DNA from: Phoronis australis
Lineage: Eukaryota; Animalia; Phoronida
Assembly: GCA_002633005.1 (NCBI GenBank)
Contig: NMRA01000132.1
Location: 834,511-898,510 of the forward strand
DNA: 64,000 nucleotides
Direction: 5' to 3'
The first letter of the stretch is position 1. The number at the start of each line of letters is the position of its first letter. The notes beneath the pieces are model-generated. The model was not told the DNA's origin, ran no database searches, and worked only from the letters and a program-made list of their open reading frames with translations. A program made the translations under genes and the position numbers. This document shows, piece by piece, positions 23,601 through 33,500 of the stretch.

Positions 23601-26600
23601 CCATCACTTTAGATAGAATTTTGAACTGGCTTTCAGAAGATGTTTTCCATTTTTCGCTAGGACGTCTACTTTTCGAGTTATTTGAGATTTTCTGATAACG
23701 CTGTTCCTTTGTTGAGCGCTCTTGCTGCATTGACATTGGTTTATCTTCTATTGAACTAGACTGTAGCCTATTTCTTATTGATTTATGACATCTAAGTTCG
23801 TCATATGAATGTTGTGATGTTGTTCATCATAGCCACCACCATCATCATATTCGTCATCATCGTCATCATCTCTGTCATTGTATTTTCGGTTAATTTCGCC
23901 AAGTGTCGCTCAAGACTGTAGCCTTTTTCTTACTGATTTCGGACTTCTACGTTCGTCATGTGTATGTTATTATTACTTCTTTTGTTCATCCTCGCCACCA
24001 TCATCGTCATATTCGTCATCTTCGTCATCATCTTTATCGTCATCTTTTTGATTAATTTCGCCAAGTTTCGCTCCTCGGAGCGATTTCATTTGATATAGCG
24101 ATGTCTGATGCGAAGACTTTTCCTTCTAATTAGTAGAATGCAGTCTACGCAAAAACAATGACTTCTAGATGAACAATTTATAAATGAGGATGTGTAAATG
24201 ACGACTTAGAAATGATGACTTACCCTTGAATGTTTATGTGTAAGAGAGTGGGCATGTGAACTGGAACCGACAATACATGATGAGTTTAAAGTGAGAGATA
24301 AGCAATGGCATGTTACCTGTACTTGACAGAGTGCAGCCTCCTGGTATGACATTGTATTTGTGTTGTTTTGTAAGCCTTCATCTTATCGTGTTTCTTTTCC
24401 AGTTTCTAGTGTCCCTATGGTCCATGAAATTGCCCAGGGATGTTTGTTTGTGGTGAGTTGTGTGGAACCATGTGTTGGTTGAAGTATTGGCTGATTATTG
24501 ATTGAACCAACTGTTGAAAATCCGTCTATATTCTCAAAAAAGTCAACGCTGTGTCTGTAGGTTTGAAAGTCCACGAGGATTTGTAAAGGTGTATAATCAG
24601 CTACAAAACACTTAATGTTGATGTCAGTTGAGTCTTGCTTTATCAGTACTTGTTCTTAGTGTTTATATTTCTTGAATTTGGCTGCCATGTAATAATCAGT
24701 TAATGATAATCACCACAGCAAGGATTTCATTGGCCACAAGAGCCTTTTGTGTGTTGATAGAGATCTTCGCGTTTGTTGTACGTGAGTTACCTTGGTTGTT
24801 GTATTCCAGCTGCGGTTCATCACAGCTGTTGGGGACCAAACTCCTGTAAGGAAGACCCGGTCCACATCTGCTGTAGCCAAAACTTCACCAACCAAGAGTT
24901 GTGTTGACTGTGTGGTAGAGCTGTTTTTGGAAGCCATGAGCGAGTATTTTGGCAAAAGGTAAGTCCGTGTTCAATGTGAAGTACGTAAGTGGTGCTTGCA
25001 TACAATTAACTGTTTGCAAATCTACAGAATGTAATGCATTAGGACAATGCGAGCAAATGAAATAGTATCATAAACAACCCAACTATAAATCGTTATGATT
25101 TTTAAAACAATGTAAACTGGTGGAATTGTGCATATGTGGCCCACTTGACAGTATGAGTTAGAACCTTATGGATTGGTGTGCGCGATGTGTCTACAAAATG
25201 ATTCCATCATCGGAAGTATCCAACTAAAACACCCACGAAGCACACCGTTTGTGGTGCTGTCGTGGACACATTTCAATTATCTGCATTGCTCTTGTGTCTT
25301 GTAGTGTAGATCACGTGACAAATTTTCAGCAAAGTTTAGAATTTGATGATAATGCATTGTAAAGTTGATTAATGACTATAATGCTTTAGCTCATTCTGGT
25401 GTTGACATTTAAATGACCAGGTTTATGTGTGCATTTTCAGAGACAGTAAATATAGTCACATTCTATTTCACACTGTTGTGGAGAGACAACCTGCCCTCTT
25501 GTGGTCCCTGACTGAACCGCTACTGTCCGCAGCTACAAACCCCAGTCAGCGAATCTATGCCAAAGTATGTGCCTTGCTCAGCTATGTTTCTTACTTTACT
25601 GTGTGACTTTGCCCTGTGATTTAAATTATTCTTCACTGAAGTCAAACTAATGATGGCTTGATAGGAAGAGAATGAGGGCATATATCGATTAGTTGTTTCA
25701 TTTCCGGCTTACATTTTTGGTTAATAACCATACCTCCAAGTCGATAAAACTTCACTGTTCACCATGCCTAAGTTGCATCATGAAGTATTTGTACAATTTT
25801 GTGTATTAACTATTGTACACCAATGTTCTTCATTGATTGTTTCAGACACAAGCCCTGTCTATGCTTGCTGCCATGGTAACCAAACCAACGGTAACTATGT
25901 TTTGGGCGTATTTCAATGCTCTTCGTTGCTCTTGTAATAATAGTGCTTTTGTAGAACCTCTTAATTTCCTGGTGATTGTGCTCGTCATCATTCAGAAAAA
26001 AATAGGTATTAAAAAGTGGCAACAGTTTTTATTGAGTATTGATGGAAATTCATGCTTTGCTTTTTTGGTTAGGTCTGTGAAATTGGTGTTAGCAAGTGGA
26101 CGCCGTTAGCTGAGCAGATCTTTGCCAAAGTGGGAAGTGAAATCTGCAGCTTAGATGCTGAAAATGTCAAGCCACGCTATGTTCAAGATATGCTACTGCT
26201 GGTTCATCGAGTGTTGACAGTGGATAGTGAACAGGTGAGAAAACCTGTCATGTAGTGAAATGCAGTGAATGTTAAATACAGTGTTGTGGCGAGGGTATTG
26301 CATACCTGGACTGTGTGCGCCTGTCGATGCTTACTTTGTCAGAGATCAAAGTTTTAATGTGGAAAATAAGAAAAGACAATGATACAAGTAGCACGGGAAG
26401 TCTCCTTCACATTGTTGCCTTCTTTGTAGTGAACACCAAGTGCTCTTTCACAATTCAATTCTTTCAGGGCACTTCCCAGACATGACATGTCATATCTTAT
26501 CTAACAGCTATGATTCCAATCTGTTGTTATGGGTCAACTTTTGTTGAACTTAAAGGCAGTTGTGGTCCTTGTGTGCTGGAATAATGGTTTGTAATAAAGT

Positions 26601-28629
26601 CTAATGTTTTGGCAACACTGAAGGTTTAACACCTACAGTCCTTTCATATGAGTCGTATTGTAATTGTTGTACTTGCCAAACATATGGCATCTATGAGTTG
26701 AGTCCACGTCTAGTACTGATTGTACACATTCATATTGGCAATACAAAGTCGCATTTAATTTTGCCTTTGATAAATAGACTGAACCCTTAAGAGCTCGAAA
26801 GCTATGTTGGCTTGTTGTGTTTGACCTAATTAGGTTCAATATTCTCTTCCATTTTGCAGCACATTTCCTTTGCGGAGATGTCATATATTCTGCAAAAGTG
26901 TAAAGGTTAATTTTGACTATGCTGTAGAATCTGAGATAGTTATTGATAAATCACACACCAGTGTTGTTCAGGGGGCGTTTTGTCAAGGTTCATAAAGTCT
27001 GCCATTAATGTGGAGGTTGAAAAGACTGAACGTAAAAAATTATTCACTTGATTTTTCTAACAATGTTGTAAAAATGCAACGCCGCATTAGCATTGATGTG
27101 CCTGCAACTGTCTTCGTTCCGATTGGATATGCGAGATTTGTTAAAACAGGGCCTGGTTGTGCAAACCTGGCTGAAGTGGCGAGATAGTAGACTATAATTA
27201 GTTACCCATTGAGTTGTGAAACGACATCTTTCAGGTGGCGCCCTCACGCATTGTTGAGAAGCTGAATGAGCTGAAGAGTCATCTGAGAAAGGACTGCAGA
27301 AAAGTGTGCATGAAAATTCTCACTCACAAGGATAGGTTTGTATTAGAAGTTCCATGTCTGCTTGTGTCCATTGGCTAGAAAAGAAATGGTTTGGATCTCT
27401 TTCCATCATGTTTCCATCGCAATGTAGTCTTGGTTTGCATTTCTAAAAAAATTCATTTTCGACAGTATTTCACATCTACTGTGGGTGATGAGACCTCTGA
27501 GTGTTGTGATTTTTTATGTTTCAGAAGCTCAAAAGAGGAGCACAAACCAAAAGTTGTTCAAACAAATGGTGATGACCCTGAAGTGCCATTGAAGTCTATG
27601 GAAAGTTCAGCTGTGGAAAAGGAGCAGCGTATTTCTGGGTGTGGAGAAACCCATGAGGGACAGGGTAAAGGTGAAAGTGAAAAGAAGCCAGCATGCTTGG
27701 TATCTGACCAGACTGGGCCACCATCGACTTCTAGAAGTAAGAAACGAAAGAAGAATCAGGAGGACATGTTGGAATCACCAAAGCTGATTCACGTTGAAAA
27801 TGTGTCAGAAGTGAGTGGTGAACAGAGTTTGATTTTGAACCAAAGAATAGGAAATGCTGTGCATGAGGCACAGCTTGACTCGAAGTCATCATCGTCACCT
27901 TCAAAGAAGAAGAAAATGAAGAAGAGTAGGAAAGACAAGAATGATAATAAACCTGGAGAAGACGAATTTGAAGAAATGTCATTAGATGATACCAGACTAG
28001 TAAATAATAAAAGCGAGGTTGTGAAAGAGGATCTAGAAGATGGTGCAACGCCGAATGTACTAGACTCGGTATCTGTGTCGTCTAAAAAGAAGAAGAAAGT
28101 GAAAGAGAAGGATAGCAAGGCAACGTTGGTGTTGGTGACGGGTAGTCAAGAAGAGTGCAAAGTAAGTAAGAAAAGTACTTCTGTAGGCAATACTTGTACG
28201 GTAGCGAATGAGAGTGTTGTGATCAAGCAGGAAGTGGAAGGTGACGTGACGGAGCAACAGGTTGATGTGCAGCCTGTGTCATCGGCAAAGAAGAAAAAGA
28301 AGAAGAGGAGGAGACATGATGATGATGATAGGGACAAAGAGGAAAAGGATCTTGATGAGACATCAGCAGATTGCAGTCTGGTGAAGACTGAAAGTGATGT
28401 GAACATGACCTCTGGTGGGGGATTGTCTTGTGAGGCTGCTGCAGGAGGTCCAAATTCCAGTAACGTTAGCACGCCACCTTCTAACAAGAACAGGAACAAG
28501 GAGCTGTCTGGGAACTCACAGCCTTTGAAAAGGTGTGCGGATGGCAAACCCATGACACCTGGAAAACTTGTCAAATTTTCTCAAATGGAGACTCCTAGTA
28601 GCAGGAAAAAGGTTAAGAATTCGAAATAA
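2643..28629 (+). CDS. MYBBP1A: Myb-binding protein 1A / Pol5 (DNA polymerase phi family) nucleolar protein; spliced, 5' end outside window
   Basis: Phase-consistent GT-AG exons: 2643-2750, 3414-3506, 5521-5592, 6027-6137, 6311-6433, 7154-7246, 7919-8024, 8592-8686, 9279-9371, 10512-10655, 11070-11140, 11456-11618, 12099-12278, 12917-13015, 14809-14916, 15901-15970, 16130-16275, 16836-16884, 17840-18048, 18174-18310, 21302-21482, 21809-21881, 24403-24452, 24810-24958, 25441-25564, 25846-25890, 26073-26233, 27235-27335, 27525-28629. Family motifs: YAVDRLVKGLASFRKSARPGYAVALTQ, AFLLLFLHLGLQLF, EPSWVEVVTELLLSLLSQ, central acidic tract, MDDDAMFRLDAALAEVF..HFKNRCLDLL, Lys-rich C-terminal tail. Confidence 0.93.
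3035..3173. repeat. Tandem duplication, ~70 bp x2
   Basis: ACTCCAAACTT(G/A)GAAAAT..TTTGGATTGTCATTCAAGGTGTTTTTTATAAA..AATAATTGC occurs twice in succession. Confidence 0.85.
3177..3365 (-). mobile_element. tRNA-derived SINE, degenerate copy 1
   Basis: Minus strand GAGGCAGTATGGACTAGTG..CCCTTGAGTCAGG..CAGCTCAGTT..AAAATGGTTCCAGATGATCACTGCAATGGGCC..CACGTCTGGCA matches the copies at 41055 and 54722. Confidence 0.65.
4916..4986 (+). ncRNA. SNORD57: Box C/D snoRNA, SNORD57/snR51-type (18S Am99 guide), copy 1
   Basis: TCCC stem; box C GTGATGA at 4921; D' CTGA; C'-like TGGAGG; guide AACTGATTTAATGAG (antisense to 18S CUCAUUAAAUCAGUU); box D CTGA at 4979; closing GGGA. Confidence 0.92.
6906..6974 (+). 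ncRNA. SNORD57: Box C/D snoRNA, SNORD57-type, copy 2
   Basis: CCC-T-GTGATGA..CTGA..TGGAGG..AACTGATTTAATGAGT-CTGA-GGG. Confidence 0.92.
10094..10164 (+). ncRNA. SNORD57: Box C/D snoRNA, SNORD57-type, copy 3
   Basis: ATCCCA-C-ATGATGA..TTGA..TGGAGG..AACTGATTTAATGAGT-CTGA-TGGGAT. The terminal stem differs from the other copies but still pairs. Confidence 0.92.
11892..11962 (+). ncRNA. SNORD57: Box C/D snoRNA, SNORD57-type, copy 4
   Basis: TCC..ATGATGA (11898)..CTGA..TGGAGG..TAACTGATTTAATGAGT-CTGA (11954)..GGA. Confidence 0.9.
12281..12535. repeat. Minisatellite, ~19-20 bp unit AAGTTTAACCCTTTATTGC, roughly 12-13 copies
   Basis: Directly visible tandem array starting at the donor site of exon 12099-12278. 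Confidence 0.9.
13733..14299. mobile_element. Non-autonomous TIR element (PIF/Harbinger-like MITE)
   Basis: ~40-bp TIRs GGGCTGTTCCAGYAAAATCTGTRTGGGAGGGGGGGGAAGGCA and its reverse complement. TAA on the left flank, but the TSD does not match on the right. Another terminus of the same family lies at 57808-57881. Confidence 0.75.
14300..14728 (+). repeat. Intra-gene segmental duplication (~430 bp) with 16912-17350, carrying a snoRNA
   Basis: Colinear high similarity from ACTGAAGATTTTT to TTAATGTTACTAACTGATACTC in both introns. Confidence 0.9.
14547..14616 (+). ncRNA. Box C/D snoRNA with variant boxes (C=ATGATTA, D=ATGA), 28S peptidyl-transferase-region guide, copy 1
   Basis: GCCTC/GAGGT stem; D' CTGA; C' ATGATGG; 12-nt guide TGATAGGAAGAG antisense to conserved 28S CUCUUCCUAUCA. 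Confidence 0.85.
15410..15634. mobile_element. Small MITE nested in a larger degenerate MITE (~15090-15767)
   Basis: GGTCCCGTTCCAAG ... CTTGGAATGGGTCCC imperfect TIRs. Confidence 0.45.
17168..17237 (+). ncRNA. Variant-box C/D snoRNA, 28S guide, copy 2
   Basis: GCCTC-A-GTGATTA..TTCTTCA-CTGA..ATGATGG-CT-TGATAGGAAGAG-A-ATGA-GAGGT. Confidence 0.85.
18633..20815 (+). mobile_element. 2.18 kb non-autonomous DNA transposon with 5-bp TSD (hAT5-like), copy 1
   Basis: TIR CAGGGCTCGAC...GTCGAGCCCTG; TSD GTGCA on both sides; subterminal (AGG/AGC)TCGCA repeats; no transposase ORF; near-identical to 60600-62783. Confidence 0.92.
22870..24090. repeat. Interspersed repeat with internal ~150 bp duplication and (CAT/CGT)n tracts
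   Basis: Starts with the hairpin CTTGGCGAAATAAATTTCGCCAAG. 23759-23905 and 23914-24065 are repeated. Family not identified. Confidence 0.45.
25611..25679 (+). ncRNA. Variant-box C/D snoRNA, 28S guide, copy 3
   Basis: GCCC-T-GTGATTT..TTCTTCA-CTGA..ATGATGG-CT-TGATAGGAAGAG-A-ATGA-GGGC. Flanks are unrelated to copies 1 and 2, and the terminal stem covaries. Confidence 0.87.
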
Positions 28630-30593
28630 GAGAATAGTAGTGTTGGTGATGATATCAGAGTTGTGGTTTGAAATTCATTAATTAAAACTTTGTGCTGAAG
28701 AATCTGTTATGCGTGTTGACGAACAATGAGGTTTCAAACTGTGAAATATAGCTGTCCAACATAATTTAGACACTGATGAAACCAGCTGCGATTGAACCTT
28801 TTGCCAAAAAGACTAACTTTTGATTTAAGAAGAGGTGGCTCGTGGAGCGTTTTATTCTCACATAAGCAAATAAAGACATTTCTGGGCTAGGGAAGAACTA
28901 ACCGTTATTGCTTGAGGCCTTGCTAAGTTTATGAAGTGACCCTGTTGGTCAAGTCAGTTTATAAAACTTGAGTTGGTGACCACCACATGTTACTCTTAAT
29001 TTAAAAATTGACCAGAACACCTGAATTTGAAAAACTACTCTAAACTGTGGCATGTGATTGTCAATATGTATGTCAGCATCCTTTTTTGTGAAAACTGCTG
29101 CGTGTATGATGAGGAAATTTGTTGGGATTGTGGTGGCACCATCAACTTGAAGAGGGAATTGGCTATAGTCAATTGTTCACGAAATTGCGAGGAATTTTTC
29201 CGAAACTTGAGGCTGGGATATGTGGTGGCAATAGGCTGGCACCAGTCGATTTTTGAGGGATTCCACTACCAACCCTTTCTTCCTCTGTTGGCAGTTTTAC
29301 TTGCCACAGGAAATAAATTCCTTTTACATCAATGTTTTGCGAAGTGACGACGAATTGCGAACTAACTTCACAAGTATTCGGTTTAATTGCAACACCAGGA
29401 GTCGCTTTTCAGGTCGAGTTGACTACCCTACCACCCCTGTTGGCAATTTTACTTTTGACAACAGTGTGTCGATTATTTTCGTGAGGGCTGTACAGATTTT
29501 GGTGAAACTTGACGTAAAGGTTGGTGGTTGGGATTCGTTGACACTAATCGAACTCCATGTGAATTTGACTACTAAAATTGCACCCCCTGTTGATCGTTAT
29601 TGTTTTTAACAAGATTCCGCTGTCAAAATATGTCAGATTTTGACGAAATTTGGATAGATGATGAATATGAGTCCGAAGCCAGTCGATTATCACACAGATT
29701 GGACTGCAGTACTGTAGTTAGGCCATTTTGGTTGGATATTTCTTGTTAAGTGAATAATGTCCACACTTGCAAGGTTTTCATAGAACTTGACTTGGATAAT
29801 TACGATGGGTGTGCGTCGGTTGATGTTTGACCGATTTGGCTGCTGTAGCGTCCCTTTTGGCCATTTTAGTTTTTGTCAAGATATTTCTGGTCCCTGTTGT
29901 AACTGGTGGACGGATCTGTCGGTGAAACTTGACACAAGGATATAATTATTATGACTGGGTTGCGCCTCCACCAGTTGATTATTGGACTGATTACGCTCAG
30001 TGCTGTAGTGGGGCTTAGACGCATGTAGGCTCAGCCAACCACCTTTTTGGCATTTAAACGTAGCGCCTACGCACCGTAAGTTACTTTATAGTGCGAATTC
30101 AGTGCTCGAGGTGATACGGTGGGCATTGGGCGCCTAGTTACCTCTAATTTTACCACTACAACACTCAAACGCTACCGTTCGCTTCTTTGGTGACTGACAT
30201 CGTTTGAGACCAATTTCTTTAGGGTTAGTGCACTGGGCCATATTTCCGACAGAAGGTGGTAGGTTCTTAGCAGCCTGTAATGTTTGTAAGTGGTAATTAT
30301 CTCCGCTTGTGATCGTGCAAACAGTTGTATAACTTGTTTTCTTTAAAATGCACGTGAAGGTTATGTATTGAAAAACGTAAACTTTATAATTATGCGAATA
30401 ATATGTTTACAATTCATTTACTGTTTAATTTACTACTATGAGTGGGCCAAAGGTTTGAACGATCTTTGTTTTCGACTTATAGCCAGGAGTACCTTTCATG
30501 GTTACTGGCAGGAATTCCGACTACATCAACACTATCCTTGGTGAAACGAAAATGATCTGAGCAGGAATACAGTCTTCGTGGTCAGCGTGGCCA

Positions 30594-33500
30594 CTAGTTC
30601 ACCCGAAGAACAATTCCTTCGCCATTTCCCCTTAGTATGTGGTTTTTAGTCTTTATCCTTTCCACAATTTTTATTGCGCCCTGCTCGACGAGTGTGTATA
30701 TTGACGACCAAATGTCCACGTGCTTGTCACATGAGCGAACGATAACAATGATGCCACCTGTTAAAAGCAGTTTCGGCTTGAAAGTAGGCGTTTGTTTTGG
30801 AGGGATTTCTTTGTTTTTGAAAACGTCTGAAATTATCCAGAATTCCAGCTGGACACGAGGGCAGGGACGATGAGCAATCTATAGTTTCTTTATTCCTACT
30901 CGGGGTGAAAACCATTCAAAACACCTTAGAGATCAAATCTACCAACCGGACCAAAATTAAGTCTGTATCCATAAACTGGAGTGGTCCTTAGATATTGATC
31001 ATTTTGGCGCGTGTGTCTATCTTACTGATCGGTACGCAGGCCCCCGGAACACCTTGGAATATTTTCGTGTGGCCAATCCCTCGTTGTTTCACATTAAATT
31101 ACATTGTAGTTTAACTGGATCATATTCTGCAAATTGACTGAAAAGGTAATTCCAAGGCATGTGAACTGGGTACTAAACTGTTTTTTAAAATTTAAAAATT
31201 GTACTTCGTTTATCATTGGAACATGTGTTAATGCCTATCCATACACAAATAGTTGTTTTGATCTGTTGTTTTACTATATGATAATTTTTGACAACTTATG
31301 ACGGATTAGCGTTCTACGTCATTCTGCAGCTAAAGTTGTGCGATTTTTGCGTCGGCTTTCGGCGCCATAAAATATTGAGTTTGAAATATTCAATACAGTT
31401 GTGGTATTGGAGACGGTAATTTTTTCTTCATCCTAGATATTAACTTTTGGTTGACTTGATGAAATTCCAGACAAGCTTCTCTTTATCGGCAGTTTGACCA
31501 CTACAAAAGTAGTCCGACAACACCTCCGATGCCAATTAGTCGATAAATTTGAAATAACTTAATGGTCCTTTTTAAGAACAACATTAAGAAAATAATGATA
31601 ATTTTCCGTACCTTCGCCAGGTGCTAAAAATGCAAATGATCCCCACGGGGACTATCGGTCACTGACGACGTCCAGAGAGTGTGAACTTATATTATGATTT
31701 ATTCATATTCAAACTTTATCTGACATGTAAGTCATACTTACTTTCCACACCAAAACCTGGACAATGAAGCACTTGCTCTCCCAAGAATGCATCTTGTGTG
31801 ACTTAGTTGGCATGCACATCAAAACTTGGTAGAATTTTGTTTTACGGGTATCAAGTGTTCAGAATATTTGTTTCCGTAATGGAGAAACTAAGGTAGATTG
31901 TTGATGTAATTACTTAAACATTGCTGAAAATACTATTGAAAATAAATTCCCAGATTTTCTCAGATTTTTAAGCAGACTGCCAATAATCCCGAGTCTAGGA
32001 TACGTAACATTTTAAGAAATTTGGCACCGTTGGTATTTTGAAACGGCTGGTGGCTTTATTCGCACGTCTCTGGCCATCTGTGAACACACTGTACAGTTAT
32101 GTGTTTTTTAAACAATAGGATGGTCCCGTATTACACAGCGGCTTTCGAATCTTGCAATATTTATCCACTATGCTGAAACATCTGTCAAATAGTTTCATGG
32201 CTTCGTTCGAGCTCCATTGGAGTTTCTCATGTTATTTATTGGTGCCTTGCCATTTTCGAGTTTTTCTCTCCTGCATTAACTGTATTCAACTTTCCAATGC
32301 TAGCGAAGTTTCACTGCTATGGGCTGCAAATGCGACGGCAGAAAGTTGGATAGAGTTGAGAAGTATGCGTCGATGAGATATTTTTCGACATGATTCCTAA
32401 AATCGGCACATTTCTAAATCGAGGCCAATATGTAACAACGCCGATTTCCGACCTCCAAGACAAAGGAGGTTTCCATCTGGGACTGTCCAATTGCTTACCA
32501 ATTGATCCAAGGGTGCCTTGTGTAAATTACCTGGCTTCGTGACGCGTATCAGTTCTGGTAGACATTCAACTGGAAGACCGCCGTCGTAGAAGGTGCCGGA
32601 AGCCGTAGCCACGTCGTATGAACCTGCACGAGCAAAGAGAATCGAGTTAATCATGTGAATGGCACGGCTGTTCTTAGTGTCAATTTTTTAGTCTTTTGTT
32701 GGGACATAACTGATGGGTGAAATCATGGGACGTTTTCTCAGGCTACTATGACGGAAGTACCAAAGTTTCTCAGTCTCTCAATTGTCGCCATACAAAACAA
32801 ACTCACCCTTTTCCAGGCATGTTTTTTCGTCACCTAGAGTGATCAACTGCTGGTAGACGTTCTTGTAAATTTGTTTTTTCTTTGCGACGTTCAACATGGC
32901 TTCGTTAGCATCAACAGCGTCTACGTTTGTGAAGCCTAGTCGAGCTAACTGTGAAAAATAGACATTTCTTGCGGGATTTAGTATGTTTCGAAGTTATTCT
33001 TCAGTTCCGTGTGCTCGAATGAGGCCTCCCCTAATTTGGCGAAGTGGGGAAAAAAGATCCGTCTCGGAGAAACAAAAACTTCGAACAAAGTAGAAAACGA
33101 GATAAAAGTCCACTGAATAGGTGTGAAACAACAACATCCGGCGAATGCACAATTCATAGCTCTGAATGTACACCGTGAATCTTTGTAAAAGGTGCACATT
33201 GATTCTCAAAAATTCGAGCCTCCATTTTTTAAGCTGGGTGCACTCGTGCAAAAGGGATTCAGTTTCTCAATATTTTCATCACTTAAATGGAACCCAGTAA
33301 TATACATAAAGTCTCGTGTATTTGCATGCTCTATGCTAATGTACAGCAGGAACTGAATGACAATGCTATTTTATACGTACCAGGTAATCGACACTAAACA
33401 AAGTGCAGTTGTGTTCATTGACAACTTGTAAATGTGAAAACAAAAATTCTGCAAATAGTTGACCTTTGCACTAATGGCGTGCCTCGCGAGTGTTATTCCC

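Noticed and set aside
26860-26905. Extra MYBBP1A exon (HISFAEMSYILQKCK)
   Set aside because: 46 nt long, so it would shift the frame. Exons 26233 and 27235 already join in phase 0.
27731-28574. Minus-strand ORFs up to 142 aa
   Set aside because: Antisense shadows of the MYBBP1A terminal exon.
29040-30010. ORFs 29027-29609 as a gene
   Set aside because: No recognisable domain or splice structure. The recurring GAAA(C/T)TTG motifs suggest a decayed interspersed repeat like those at ~8190-8350 and ~9700-10080.
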